Assembly: GCA_963765765.1 (NCBI GenBank)
Contig: CAVXYC010000015.1
Coordinates: 32,001-96,000, forward strand
Origin: an uncultured Chloroflexia bacterium
GTDB taxonomy: Bacteria > Chloroflexota > UBA6077 > JACCZL01
Direction of reading: 5' to 3'
Length of the DNA: 64,000 nucleotides
The notes under the pieces are model-generated. The model was not told the DNA's origin. It was given only the letters and a program-made list of their open reading frames with translations, and did no database searches. Positions 32,546 through 42,948 of the stretch are shown in pieces (within the stretch, counting starts at the first letter, position 1; every line of letters begins with the position of its first letter). The position numbers and the translations under genes are program-made.

Positions 32546-34057
32546 ATGGCAGATCACTATGACGTGATCGTGGCGGGTGGCGGGTCAGCGGGCTGTGCAG
32601 CCGCCGTGCGTCTTTCGGAAGATTCGGGAAGACGTGTCCTACTGCTCGAAGCTGGCCCCGATCCTCGCCCAATTCCCGATATCGTGGCCAGGGCTTCGAT
32701 GCAGACTCGACTGCTGCTCGAATCGCCGTACATGATGATGTACCCGACGCCGCGCACGATCGACGGGAGCACGTACTACAACCTCGCCGGCCGGATTATG
32801 GGCGGCGGCTCCTCCGTCAATGTGATGTCCGTTATCCGACCGCTGAAGCATGATTTGGACACCTGGGAGTCGCTCGGCAATCCCAATTGGTCGTACGAGC
32901 GGATGTTGCCGGTGATGAAGCGGATTGAGTCCGACCAGGACTTTCCGGACAGTCCGATTCACGGGGCCGATGGGCCTCTCTACGTGAAGCGCGGCTGGAC
33001 GCTGGACATGCCGGCTTCAGAGCCGGTTCGGGCGTTCATTGATCGCGCCGTGGCTATGGGCATGCCCATGTGCCCAGACCTGAACGTGCCGGACCCGCTC
33101 GGCGTTTGCGCATCGCCTTACGCGATCAAGGACGGCATGCGGCAATCGACAACCGTGGCTTATCTGGATCTGGCGCGCGATCGGTCAAACTTAACGATCC
33201 ACAGTGAGTCGCCGGTGATCTCGCTCAACGTGCAGGGTGACCGCGTGGAGAGTCTGGTTTATCGCTCGAACGGTGAGCTGCACACGGTCTCCGCCGATAG
33301 AATCGTGCTTAGCTCGGGTGTCTTCCATAGTCCACAAATTTTGATGCTTTCGGGCATCGGGCCGGCGCATGAGCTCGAACGTCTCGGCATTCCAGTGAAG
33401 CATCGCCTGGATGGCGTGGGCGAGAACCTACAGGACCATGCCAGCATCCACATGACCTTCGAAGGTCCCGCGGACTTCAAGGAGGATTGGGTCATTCCGC
33501 GTTTCCGCCTCATCTATAAGAGCGATCCCAGCCTACCGTGTGGGAACTTCCACATTTCCATGCGACCACCTACAGACGTGGCAGGCCTGAAGAGGATGAT
33601 GCCCGTGACGGCCAGCCTCATTGAGCAGCGCAGCCGTGGCAGGCTCACCCTCAATAGCGCCAATCCTGATGAGCAACCGGTGCACGCATGTCGAATGCTG
33701 GAGCACCCGGACGATATCGCGGCCGTGAAGTCAGCGATGCAGTTTATCTACGACCTCGTCCAGCACGAGTCGATGAAGAAGTACTACGGACCGCTCATCG
33801 TGCCCGCCGAGAATGACGACTGGGTAAAGTACGCACGAAGCACGCATGAAACGTATCAACACCCCGTTGGAACGTGCATGATGGGGCCCGCTGAGAACCC
33901 TATGTCCGTCGTAGACCAGAACTTGAAGGTTCACGGAATGCAGAACCTCTGGGTGGCTGACGCCTCGATCATGCCCACGGTCACTCACGCCAATACCAAC
34001 CTCACCGCGATCATGATCGGCGAGGTGCTTTCCGATGTGATCAAGGGGGAGAAGTAG
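32546..34057 (+). CDS. GMC oxidoreductase (choline dehydrogenase-like)
   Basis: GGGSAG, GGGSSVN, SPQILMLSGIGP, GENLQDH, HPVGTC.MG, DASIMP, NTN. Confidence 0.92.
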   Translation: MADHYDVIVAGGGSAGCAAAVRLSEDSGRRVLLLEAGPDPRPIPDIVARASMQTRLLLESPYMMMYPTPRTIDGSTYYNLAGRIMGGGSSVNVMSVIRPLKHDLDTWESLGNPNWSYERMLPVMKRIESDQDFPDSPIHGADGPLYVKRGWTLDMPASEPVRAFIDRAVAMGMPMCPDLNVPDPLGVCASPYAIKDGMRQSTTVAYLDLARDRSNLTIHSESPVISLNVQGDRVESLVYRSNGELHTVSADRIVLSSGVFHSPQILMLSGIGPAHELERLGIPVKHRLDGVGENLQDHASIHMTFEGPADFKEDWVIPRFRLIYKSDPSLPCGNFHISMRPPTDVAGLKRMMPVTASLIEQRSRGRLTLNSANPDEQPVHACRMLEHPDDIAAVKSAMQFIYDLVQHESMKKYYGPLIVPAENDDWVKYARSTHETYQHPVGTCMMGPAENPMSVVDQNLKVHGMQNLWVADASIMPTVTHANTNLTAIMIGEVLSDVIKGEK

Positions 34058-34092
34058 CTATTAGGTCCCATCCGTCCCATGGACACCCTCGC

Positions 34093-34512
34093 ATGTACGA
34101 GCTAAAGACCAAAATCAACGACGCCAGTGTCAAGGCGTTCCTTGATTCGGTCGAGAGTGAACAGCGCCGCGAGGACTCGCTGGTAATGCTCGATCTGCTG
34201 GGTGATGTGACCGGTCTGGAACCGGCGATGTGGGGATCCAGCATCGTGGGCTTTGGCTTCTATCACTACAAGTACGCCAGTGGTCATGAGGGCGACGCGG
34301 CGCGAATCGGCTTTTCGCCCCGCAAGGTGAACCTGGTCGTGTACATTATGCCCGGCTTCGAGCGCCACCATGAGCTCATGCAGAGGCTCGGGAAGTACAA
34401 GACCGGCAAATCGTGTCTGTACATCACCCGGCTGGCCGATGTGGACCTGAGCGTGCTTCGAGAGCTTGCCCGAGAGTCGTTCAACTGGATGAACGAGAAC
34501 TACCCGGACTAG
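34093..34512 (+). CDS. DUF1801 domain protein
   Basis: MWGSSIVGFG.YHYKYASG, GFSPRK, LGKYKTGKSCLYI. Confidence 0.88.
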   Translation: MYELKTKINDASVKAFLDSVESEQRREDSLVMLDLLGDVTGLEPAMWGSSIVGFGFYHYKYASGHEGDAARIGFSPRKVNLVVYIMPGFERHHELMQRLGKYKTGKSCLYITRLADVDLSVLRELARESFNWMNENYPD

Positions 34513-34606
34513 CTTGGAGTGCGGCCGTCGTCCCCGCTTCCGGCAGCGCGGAGACGTCGGCTTCCAGCCGGCAAGAGAGCGGCGACAACCGCCGCACTCC
34601 AAGCTA
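34510..34606. repeat. Family C REP-like element between convergent genes
   Basis: TAGCTTGGAGTGCGGC / GCCGCACTCCAAGCTA 16-bp arms. Confidence 0.75.
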
Positions 34607-35917
34607 CGCGGGGATGGTTTCCGCTTGCACCGACACCGGCAGCTCCGGGCGTTTCAGAAACGAGATCAGCAATAGATTCACCACGCTCGCTGCGGCGAAG
34701 ATGAGCATGGCCACGCGATAACTGCCGGTGACATCGAATACGTAGCCGGCCATGAACGGCCCGGTGATCGTCCCAATCATCACTACCGGTTCCATGGCCC
34801 CGCCAATGCTGGCGTACGCCTTAACGCCGAAGAGATCGGCACGGAAGGCGGGTGTCATGGACGCGAGTCCGCCATAGGCCGGGGCAAACAGGAACATGAA
34901 CAACCAGATCTGCCAGGCGTTGTGAGCGTAGGCGACGATGATCAAACCAGCGATCAGGGCGACCAGGGAGCCCATGTAGACTCCCCGCATGCCAATACGA
35001 TCGCCAAGCCAACCCATGAGTAAGCGGCCGATGACGCTGACCAGAGCCAGGGCGCTCAGCATCCCGGCTGCCTCGGTGGTGCTCATGCCCAGGTCCTGCA
35101 TGAGCGCGGCGATGTGGATGATGACGGATGACGTAACCATGATCCGTAGGGCCACGGATGCGTTCAGAAGCCAGTACGCCGGGGTGGCCAGAGCTTGACG
35201 TAAGGTAAATCCAGGAAGCTCTGACAGCGTCACTTTACCTGCGGCACCGGTTTTTGATCTGGCGTGGTAATCCGGCGGTAGTGGGTCGCCATCGGGTAGC
35301 CAGCCGTACGGCTCCGGCCGATGGCGCATCACAAAGGCTGCCGGGATGCCAATGAGCAGGAACGCCACACCCATGATCACGGCAGCAGAGCGCCAGCCGG
35401 AGTTGTCGATCACCCAGCCGAGGGCCGGGGTCCACAGCGCTCCGCCAACGGGCACACCGATGCTCAGCATTCCCAGAGCCAGGGCTCGCTTGCGGTGAAA
35501 CCAATGAGCCACTGAGGCGCTCACACCGTCACCGGCGCCGATGGAGTCTCCGAGCGCAATGAACGCTACCCAGATGAAGTAGAAGACCACCAGCGGCGCC
35601 AGGTTGGACCATTCGGTAATGTTCGTCAGCGACGCGAGGACGAAGAATCCGAATGCGGTGATGGGCACGCCAATAAACATCATCACGCGCGGACCCAACC
35701 GGTCCACCAGGATTCCGGCGATCGGTCCCAGGATGCCGCCTTCTAGTCGGCCGAGTGAGAAGGCGCCCGAAACTTCAGCGCGGCTCCAGCCGAACTCGGT
35801 GCTGATGGGTAGGAGGAATAGGCCGGCTCCGTACGAGCGGGTAGCTGAAAGAAGTGCTGAGGCGACGCTGCCGGCCGCCACAATGTACCAGCCAAAAAAT
35901 ATACGGGGTCGTTGCAT
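34604..35917 (-). CDS. MFS transporter (OFA/MCT-like)
   Basis: FFGWYIV, G.LVDRLGPR, WFHRKRALALG, GWLGDRIG, FDVTGSY. Confidence 0.9.
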   Translation of the reverse strand: MQRPRIFFGWYIVAAGSVASALLSATRSYGAGLFLLPISTEFGWSRAEVSGAFSLGRLEGGILGPIAGILVDRLGPRVMMFIGVPITAFGFFVLASLTNITEWSNLAPLVVFYFIWVAFIALGDSIGAGDGVSASVAHWFHRKRALALGMLSIGVPVGGALWTPALGWVIDNSGWRSAAVIMGVAFLLIGIPAAFVMRHRPEPYGWLPDGDPLPPDYHARSKTGAAGKVTLSELPGFTLRQALATPAYWLLNASVALRIMVTSSVIIHIAALMQDLGMSTTEAAGMLSALALVSVIGRLLMGWLGDRIGMRGVYMGSLVALIAGLIIVAYAHNAWQIWLFMFLFAPAYGGLASMTPAFRADLFGVKAYASIGGAMEPVVMIGTITGPFMAGYVFDVTGSYRVAMLIFAAASVVNLLLISFLKRPELPVSVQAETIPA

Positions 35918-35997
35918 TAAGGGTCCGAGACGTAGGATACCCGACCGCGCGACTCCTCGGACTGTGCGAAGAGCGATGGAGTGCGGCCCTCCTGCGC

Positions 35998-37511
35998 GGG
36001 TGCGCCCAAAACTTGTGACGTTTTCACCTCTAGGCCGCCTTGGCCCGTTGGGTGGCGTGTTGAGCACAGAGAACGATGAGTGCCTGGCCGCCACGCTCGG
36101 ACCAGCGGCAGCCAGAACGCTTCAGTCGCTGCTGAATGACGTGTTTGGCGCTCGATTCCACCGCCCCGGAGCCGATCGGGTACCCGGCGGCGCGATACTC
36201 CGGATACCGCATGCGCGCGCGATTGGTCTGGAAATAGGCCCGCTCCGTGGCGAGCGTCGCGCGCGCTGCGTCCGTGTCCGGGTCGACATCGCGGAGTCGC
36301 TCCAGCAGCGCTGCCGCCCCTGCCTCATACCGCCCCGTGAGACTCGCCTCGGCCCAGGTCGTCGCCGCGGCCGTGCCGTCGCCGTACACCGCCCGGGCCA
36401 CCGTCCAGACGTGCTCTGCGGCGTGGTACCAGTCGACGATCTCGAGCCGTTCACCGAACTGCTCCGCGGCGGCGGTCCAAATCCAGCGCGCTCCATCCCC
36501 GAGCACCAGCACCCGCCGCAGCGTGGCCATGCCCGGCTCCACGCCACTGCCCGCATAGGCGACCTCCTCCAGCCCGCCCCGCCGCGCGACCTCGGCGCCC
36601 CAGCGCCCGGCCCAGTCCACCACCGCGGCGCGGGCCGCGACGTAGCTTGGCGCGGCCACATGCCGCTGGTCGTGCGGCCGGCTCGGATCCCAGCCGCCGA
36701 CCACGCCGAGCTTCACCTCATGCCACCCATCCTGATAGCGCACCATGACGCCATCCGTCTCCGCGACCAGCTGATCGGGCGCCGGATTGACCGGTCCGCG
36801 GGCGCCTTGGTGCGTTCGACGATCGCCGCCTCATCCCGCAGCTGCGCGTCGAGGACAGCACCGACCGTTTCCGTGGTGCGGCGCACCGTCTCGGCGCTCA
36901 GCGAACCGGTCAACATGGTCAGTTGCTCCGTGGCCGTGTCGAACGGCAGCAGCGTGCCCAACGTCACCAGCCACTCCTGGAGGTTGGCGCTCATCCGCTG
37001 CTGGGGCTCAACACCGAGCGTCTGATCGGTGGGGCTCCAGCTCGCGCGGCAGGCCGGGCACTGGGCCCAGGGTCGCTCCCAGCGCACCGGACCGCAGGTG
37101 GTGTGCATCTGCCGGACGCGCCAGCCGCGCCGCCGACCCAGCCCGCCACACGCCGGGCAGCGCGGGCGATCGCGACGCATGCCCGGATCGAGCGTCCGCT
37201 GGGTCACTGTGATCAGTCCACCGACGAGTCGCGGAGCCAGGGCGCGGAGACCGTCGCGGACCACGGTCTCGAGCGCGCCGAGATCCGCGTCACGATGCTC
37301 CGCCGCCCAGGCCGCGAGATCGCGCACGAACGTGTCCAGCGGTGCAACAATGGCGTCGGGAAGGGTCGACCTGTCCATTGCAGGCGTCCTTTCTTGCGCT
37401 CTCCGGGACGGCTTCCATGTCCCGGAGAGCTTCCGATCAGAATTCCCCGAGCCTAGCCCAGGTCTGCGGTCACCAGCCCACCCGTCCCGTGCACAAGTTT
37501 GCGGCGCACCC
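35998..37511 (-). mobile_element. ISKra4-type (IS256/Mutator-like) insertion sequence
   Basis: TIRs GGGTGCGCCCAAAACTTGTG / CACAAGTTTGCGGCGCACCC; 9-bp TSD CTCCTGCGC at 35989-35997 and 37512-37520. Confidence 0.88.
36030..37378 (-). CDS. ISKra4-family transposase (indel ~36770)
   Basis: CPAC..CPAC Zn finger, GDGARWIW, DWYHAAEH, GYPIGSGAVES. Confidence 0.85.
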
Positions 37512-37577
37512 CTCCTGCGCGCCGTACTAGCTAGATCTCAATGAGCGTGCTACGCTTCACTCGCTAGCCGGAGGTGC

Positions 37578-38846
37578 ATGCCGATGTTGAATCAAGCTGA
37601 CAACGAGTATCTTTGCCGCGTTGGTCCTGGTACTCCGATGGGGACACTGCTGCGTCGATTCTGGATGCCAGCCATCATTTCCACGGAAGTTCCGGAGCCA
37701 GATTCTGCGCCCGTTCGTTTCACGCTCCTGACTGAGAAGCTTGTCGCCTTCCGTGACACCACCGGTCAGGTTGGTGTCGTGGCGGAGAACTGCCCCCATC
37801 GTGGAGCCTCGCTGTTCTTCGGGCGGAACGAGGAAGAGGGCCTGCGTTGCGTGTACCACGGTTGGAAGTTCGACGCCACCGGCGCGTGCGTTGATATGCC
37901 GAATGAGCCCCCGGAAAGCAATTTCAAGCATAAGGTCAAGGTGACCGCGTACCCCGCGGAGGAAGCCGGCGGGGTGGTCTGGGTCTACATGGGCCCGGCG
38001 GAGCACAAGCCGATCCTTCCGCGACCCGAGTGGACCCTCGTTCCACCCGAGCAGCGGGTCGTCAGTCGCTACTGGCAAGAGAACAATTGGGTCCAGGGGC
38101 TCGAGGGCGGGATCGACTCCAGCCACGTCTCGTACCTGCACAGCACGGTAAACTCCCACAAGGGTGATCTGAGCGACACGCGCATTCCATTCATGGCGCT
38201 TGATAAGGCGCCGCAGTTCCGTGTTGCCCAGACTGACTTCGGTCTGCTCATCGGTGCGCGCCGACGTGCTTCAGAGACCGAGGACTACTGGCGTGTGACG
38301 CCGTATTCATTGCCGTTCTACACTGTCATTCCGAACGCGCCGAACTCTAACGGCTACTTCGCGGGGCATGGCTGGGTACCGATCGACGATGAGAATCTCT
38401 CGATGGTCACGTATTCGTGGCATCCCACTCGACCTATGAGCGAGTTTGGTCCCAACGCGGGTCACCCTGCGCACTATGTCCGCAAGGGCCCAGACGGGCT
38501 GAAACCGCTCCAGTGCCGTGAGAACGATTACATGATCGATCGCGAAGCGCAGAAAACGACGAGCTTCACGGGTATCGAGAATGGCTCCATCCAGGATCGC
38601 GGAATTCAGGAGACGATGGGCCGGATCTACGATCGCACCAGGGAGCATCTGGGCGCCGCGGACACCGCGATCATCATGATGCGGCGACTTCTCATGAAGC
38701 TCGCGCGCGATCTGGAAGAAGGAAAAGAGCCGTACGCCGCTCAGCACGGCGAGCTGATGACGCTCCGCTCCGCCGGCTTCGTGGCCCCGAACCACATCTC
38801 GTTCGTGGATGCGAGCGAGCCGATCGTTCGAGCTGGAGCACGCTAG
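37578..38846 (+). CDS. Rieske oxygenase, phthalate 4,5-dioxygenase/LigXa-like, paralog 2
   Basis: CPHRG..CVYHGW; EGGIDSSHVSYLH; QDRGIQE; DRTREHLG. Confidence 0.9.
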   Translation: MPMLNQADNEYLCRVGPGTPMGTLLRRFWMPAIISTEVPEPDSAPVRFTLLTEKLVAFRDTTGQVGVVAENCPHRGASLFFGRNEEEGLRCVYHGWKFDATGACVDMPNEPPESNFKHKVKVTAYPAEEAGGVVWVYMGPAEHKPILPRPEWTLVPPEQRVVSRYWQENNWVQGLEGGIDSSHVSYLHSTVNSHKGDLSDTRIPFMALDKAPQFRVAQTDFGLLIGARRRASETEDYWRVTPYSLPFYTVIPNAPNSNGYFAGHGWVPIDDENLSMVTYSWHPTRPMSEFGPNAGHPAHYVRKGPDGLKPLQCRENDYMIDREAQKTTSFTGIENGSIQDRGIQETMGRIYDRTREHLGAADTAIIMMRRLLMKLARDLEEGKEPYAAQHGELMTLRSAGFVAPNHISFVDASEPIVRAGAR

Positions 38847-38867
38847 CTAACACTTCTTCTGAACAGC

Positions 38868-38905
38868 AAAAAGGGCTGGGGAGCGAGAGCTCTCCAGCCC
38901 TTTTT
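38868..38905. terminator. Bidirectional intrinsic terminator
   Basis: AAAAAGGGCTGGGGAGC-GAGA-GCTCTCCAGCCCTTTTT. Confidence 0.85.
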
Positions 38906-38921
38906 ACGTTGGTTCGGGGTC

Positions 38922-39743
38922 TTACTCGTCGTCCGCGTAATCGTGGTCAGGGTGATTCACTACGCCGACCTTCCAGTATCCCTGGGTGTGGATGACGTCT
39001 TTGGACATCCCAGCATCTTCGAGAAGAATGCTGCGTAGAGAACGCATGGTGGAGGACTCGCAGCCTACCCAGGCGCGGCCCTTGCCATCCTTCGGAAGCG
39101 GCAACTCCCGCAGAGCGGCTGCCAGCGGCGGAATGCCGTTGCTCGTGGCGCCGAGCGTGTGCAGCCAACGGATATCCAACGATGCGCCGGTATTGTAGGT
39201 TCGCTCATCCGACGCATCGGCCACTTCGGCGACGGCGAAGATCTTCTTGGAGGCCGGCAGTGTCTCGATGATCTCGCTCATCGCTGGAACACCGGCCAGG
39301 TCGGCTGCCAGTACGTACCAGTCCGCTTCCGTGTTCAGGCGGAATCGACCGCCGGGACCAGCCATCACCAGCACGTTACCCTCGCGGGCGCGTCGGGCCC
39401 AGTTGGAGCCAAGTCCGTCCTCATGAAGGACGATCTCGATGTCGAGCTCTGATGACTCGGGCCGCCACCGTCGGGGCGTATACGTACGACTGACGGGTCG
39501 CGGCACGTCGGAAGGGAACTGAGGTCCTTCCGCTCCCATCACGGGAAGCAGCGGCATGTCTTCACCTTCGGGTGGAAAAAAGACCTTGATGTGCTGCCCG
39601 GGACCGGGTGGGCCAAATGCCTCCGGATCCGGGCCGGTTACGGTCACTCGGACGAGTCGCGGATTTGCTCGGTCTACCTTTTTGACTTCGACCGTGCGGA
39701 GTCTTGGTCGCGGCCGCGCCGGTCGCTCGTTGGTCATTGTCAC
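38922..39743 (-). CDS. Siderophore-interacting protein (ViuB-like, FAD-binding)
   Basis: HIKVFFP, RTYTPR, GSNWA, GPGG, GCE, GYWK. Confidence 0.88.
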   Translation of the reverse strand: MTMTNERPARPRPRLRTVEVKKVDRANPRLVRVTVTGPDPEAFGPPGPGQHIKVFFPPEGEDMPLLPVMGAEGPQFPSDVPRPVSRTYTPRRWRPESSELDIEIVLHEDGLGSNWARRAREGNVLVMAGPGGRFRLNTEADWYVLAADLAGVPAMSEIIETLPASKKIFAVAEVADASDERTYNTGASLDIRWLHTLGATSNGIPPLAAALRELPLPKDGKGRAWVGCESSTMRSLRSILLEDAGMSKDVIHTQGYWKVGVVNHPDHDYADDE

Positions 39744-39947
39744 CTTGGATTACCCTCCTGATCGACTGTCGCCCCGGTAAGAAGCGCGGAACATCGATTC
39801 GTTCCAAATTAGGCGTGAAAGTGTATCCCGAGATGGATGTTAGCCAGGCCTCAGGCCTACGTTCAGAATACACAAAGCGGTGACGCATCGGCGCCGCGCA
39901 TCCGCGAAAATGCAAATCGTGCGACCGGGAGACCGAAGCGGGGCCGC

Positions 39948-41201
39948 TCAACTCACCGTGGCGATCTCGAACCCAGCGTCATAGTCCTCATGCACCGGCA
40001 CCTGGTGCGTGAGATGAATCTCACGGTGCTCTCGGGACGATTCGAGCATCGCGAGAACAACTTCAAGTGTGGCCATGCCCCAGCGGCCGTCGTGGTAGAC
40101 CGGTTCGCCCAGCACGACTGAGTCGTAAAGCTCGAGAAGCTCGGCTCGACGTCCTACTACGCCCGGAGCGTCGTCTAGCAGGATCTCGCGGCGACCTTCG
40201 TCACCGTAGACCGAGATGCCCTGTGCCGAGTGGCGGATATCTCCCCGCTCGCAGCTCACGATTACCATTCCGGCGGCGACGGGGAGCCAGTCCTTCCGCT
40301 GGGGCGCGTTCGGAGCGTGCAGCTCGGTGGCGCCGCCTATTCGAAGGTTCTGCTTATCGCTGTCTTCGTTCCGCGTTCCATCGCGCAGGGACTTGCGCAC
40401 GTTGACACGCTGTTCGGGGTTGTAGGCATGTGACTCACCGCCCCACGGCACCAGCTCGTGCGAGAGGAAGTAGCCATAGCCGTTGTGCATGATGGATGCG
40501 CTGACACCGCCATCGAGCTCCATGAACGCAGAGTAGAACCCCGCGATCGGTCGCTCCGGTTGCCACTCCCCGACCATGGCTCGGACGCTTCTGACGATGC
40601 CGCCACCCAGGACGCGGACCGTATCGATCTGATGGGGACCTTGCCGATACGGCACACCGCCGCCCTGTGATGGATCCAGCTCGTCCGCGGTGCGTGGACG
40701 GAGCATCCAATCGCTATATGCTGAGATGTTGATGTTGCGAACGCGGCCGAGCTCACCCGACTGGATGACCTTGCGCATGGCCCGGATCGGCGTGCTAAAG
40801 CTTGTGGTGTGACCAGCGAGCAGCTTTACGCCATTTTGGTCCGCCGCCGTACACATTTTCTCAGCTTCCGCCAGGGTGATGGCCATTGGCTTTTCTACGA
40901 CGACGTGCTTCCCATGATTAAGCGCGAGCAGCGCATGCGGCGCGTGGAATCGATTGGGCGTGGATACCCAGACGGCATCGACATTCGGATCGGCAGCGAG
41001 TGCTTCGGCTGACTCGTAGACGTGGGTCTCGGGGTAGCGCTCATGAAAGCGGTCCAGCACCTGGCGATTCGAGTCGGCGCAAGCGACTAGCTCAATCTCC
41101 GGGACTGTCCCTAGAGCCGGGAGGATCTCCGAGCCGCCCACACCGATGCCGATAATTCCGAGACGGAGACTTCTTGTTTGGTGGTCGATCTGGCTGGTCA
41201 T
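39948..41201 (-). CDS. Gfo/Idh/MocA oxidoreductase, phthalate 4,5-cis-dihydrodiol dehydrogenase-like
   Basis: GIIGIG, TPNRFH, VEKPMA, YSDWMLRPR..ELD...GGG....PHQID. Confidence 0.75.
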   Translation of the reverse strand: MTSQIDHQTRSLRLGIIGIGVGGSEILPALGTVPEIELVACADSNRQVLDRFHERYPETHVYESAEALAADPNVDAVWVSTPNRFHAPHALLALNHGKHVVVEKPMAITLAEAEKMCTAADQNGVKLLAGHTTSFSTPIRAMRKVIQSGELGRVRNINISAYSDWMLRPRTADELDPSQGGGVPYRQGPHQIDTVRVLGGGIVRSVRAMVGEWQPERPIAGFYSAFMELDGGVSASIMHNGYGYFLSHELVPWGGESHAYNPEQRVNVRKSLRDGTRNEDSDKQNLRIGGATELHAPNAPQRKDWLPVAAGMVIVSCERGDIRHSAQGISVYGDEGRREILLDDAPGVVGRRAELLELYDSVVLGEPVYHDGRWGMATLEVVLAMLESSREHREIHLTHQVPVHEDYDAGFEIATVS

Positions 41202-41398
41202 CTTAAGTCCCTCGCTACGTAAGTCGGGGCCGATATCCGATGGGACTCAGGATATTCCTCGCTGGGGCTGGTCCGCTACGAGCAAGTAAAAATCCGCACG
41301 TGTAGCAGCCAGTTTAATTGGCCTTATCGCGGGTGAACCGAGCGCCGTTTTGGCTGTGCTCAGGTTTCCTGAACGTTTGGCCGGAGCTGCACCAGACG

Positions 41399-41647
41399 TC
41401 AGAGGGACATGAGAGCGGCGACGGCGCCGGTCACAGCTTGGAGAATCTGGGTCACGCCTATACCGCTCAACACCGCGCTCAAGATGATCGTGGGAGTAAG
41501 GTAGCGCTGCCAGGCCATAGAGATGGACATGGTGATGCACAGGTAATACATGAGTACAGTGGTCAATATCAGTCCGTGGGAACGAACGAGCCCCTCACGT
41601 CGCCAGCCCTTCCAGACTTGTGGTGTAGCTTTCCGCCCAATCCGCAT
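41399..41647 (-). pseudogene. Membrane protein C-terminal fragment
   Basis: Two hydrophobic segments around WQRYLTP; no coherent upstream ORF. Confidence 0.3.
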
Positions 41648-41995
41648 GAGGGGAAATCATGCTCGATGAAGGCGCGCTGCCAGTAGCGCGCCGTGAAGAT
41701 GTAACGCCTCTCGTCCGCATGCTAGGGCGTCATGACGGAAGCTTTGTAAAAGTACGAGGTGGAGACGGTGAGGACGAGATACAGCGCCTTATCTCGAGTA
41801 AGAGACGGATGGCGCGCTGGTTGTCCAGCTTGGCTAGGGGTAGACTCACGAGGATGTTGCTCACGCGCTGCGACCACTCTCTGTAATGTGATTCATCCCC
41901 ATGAGCGAGGGGCTTAAAAGGGCAATTACATACTCGACACTCTCTCTCTCTGAAGTCATACTTGCGGGCATCTTCTCAGCCTGTGGGACATCCTC

Positions 41996-42796
41996 ATGGA
42001 GATTTTCTCGATCGATCAGTTCATGCAGTTCAGCCGTGCTGTGACAGGGGTTAGCTTTAGGTATCCCACTGAAGCTATCCATGACAAAGCGCTCATCATG
42101 GGAGATGCACGCCCCGGCGAAATCGAAAACCTGCGCGCTTTGAGCGAATGGTGTGAACTGCTTGGCCTCGATTACTCGGTGGTAAAGGTTAATCGAATAA
42201 TCGAATGCATTGAAGCCAATGAACAAATCACATGGACTGAGTTCAAGCGAATGGCTGAGGACTTTACTGAGCGAGTGGAAGACAACGTGAAGTCCCGTCG
42301 ATTTTTCTATGTCACCCCTGGTCGAGCTTTGCTCTATGAAGACCCGGGAGGCTGGTTCGGCGAGGCGTGTATTGATCGGTTCCCGTCAATTGAGCGGGAT
42401 GTTAGAGATGCATGCCAATGCTTTGGGGTTGAGCAATGGACAGCATCAGTTTTTCACGCGATGCGCGTTCTTGAACATGGACTTCGCTTAGTGGCCGCAG
42501 AAATTGACATCACGTCGAACCTAGACCTTCAGCAATGGGCGAGCATTATTGAGATGATTGAGAGTGAAGTAACAAAGTTGGACAAGGCCCCACGGACTAC
42601 ACCGGGGAAGTCAGAGAAATCGCAGTTTTTCTCAGAGGCGGCCTTGCAGTTTCGTTATTTCAAGAACGCGTGGCGTAACCACGTATCTCATTCGAGAGAG
42701 TCATACGACGAACAAGAAGCAGGGAGAATACTTGCCCACGTTCGCGACTTCATGGTGCACCTCGCAACGAGGCTGAGTGACCCAATCACCTTATGA
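41996..42796 (+). CDS. HEPN-motif (DUF4145-like) protein, lower GC
   Basis: ACQC....TASVFHAMRVLE and WRNHVSH (R-x4-H). Confidence 0.6.
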   Translation: MEIFSIDQFMQFSRAVTGVSFRYPTEAIHDKALIMGDARPGEIENLRALSEWCELLGLDYSVVKVNRIIECIEANEQITWTEFKRMAEDFTERVEDNVKSRRFFYVTPGRALLYEDPGGWFGEACIDRFPSIERDVRDACQCFGVEQWTASVFHAMRVLEHGLRLVAAEIDITSNLDLQQWASIIEMIESEVTKLDKAPRTTPGKSEKSQFFSEAALQFRYFKNAWRNHVSHSRESYDEQEAGRILAHVRDFMVHLATRLSDPITL

Positions 42797-42948
42797 ATGT
42801 TCCGTCGATGATTGATTCCTTCGGCGCTGTTTCTGGTTTCGCTCGCGCTCGTACTTCTCGCGTTGTTCTTGGACTTCAGCCGGTGCACGTTGAGCAACGC
42901 GCGGGTGAACCGCTCGCTGGAAGCGTGTTCGGTGATGTCCGCCGCGGT

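Noticed and set aside
36713-36800. Programmed frameshift in the transposase
   Set aside because: No slippery heptamer seen; matches the window-wide indel noise.
35604-37025. 473-aa plus-strand ORF, and similar long ORFs at 11223-12095 and 14646-15551
   Set aside because: Antisense to well-supported genes; typical high-GC shadows.
39834-39852. DtxR/IdeR box upstream of the SIP gene
   Set aside because: Only about 12 of 19 consensus matches and poor symmetry.
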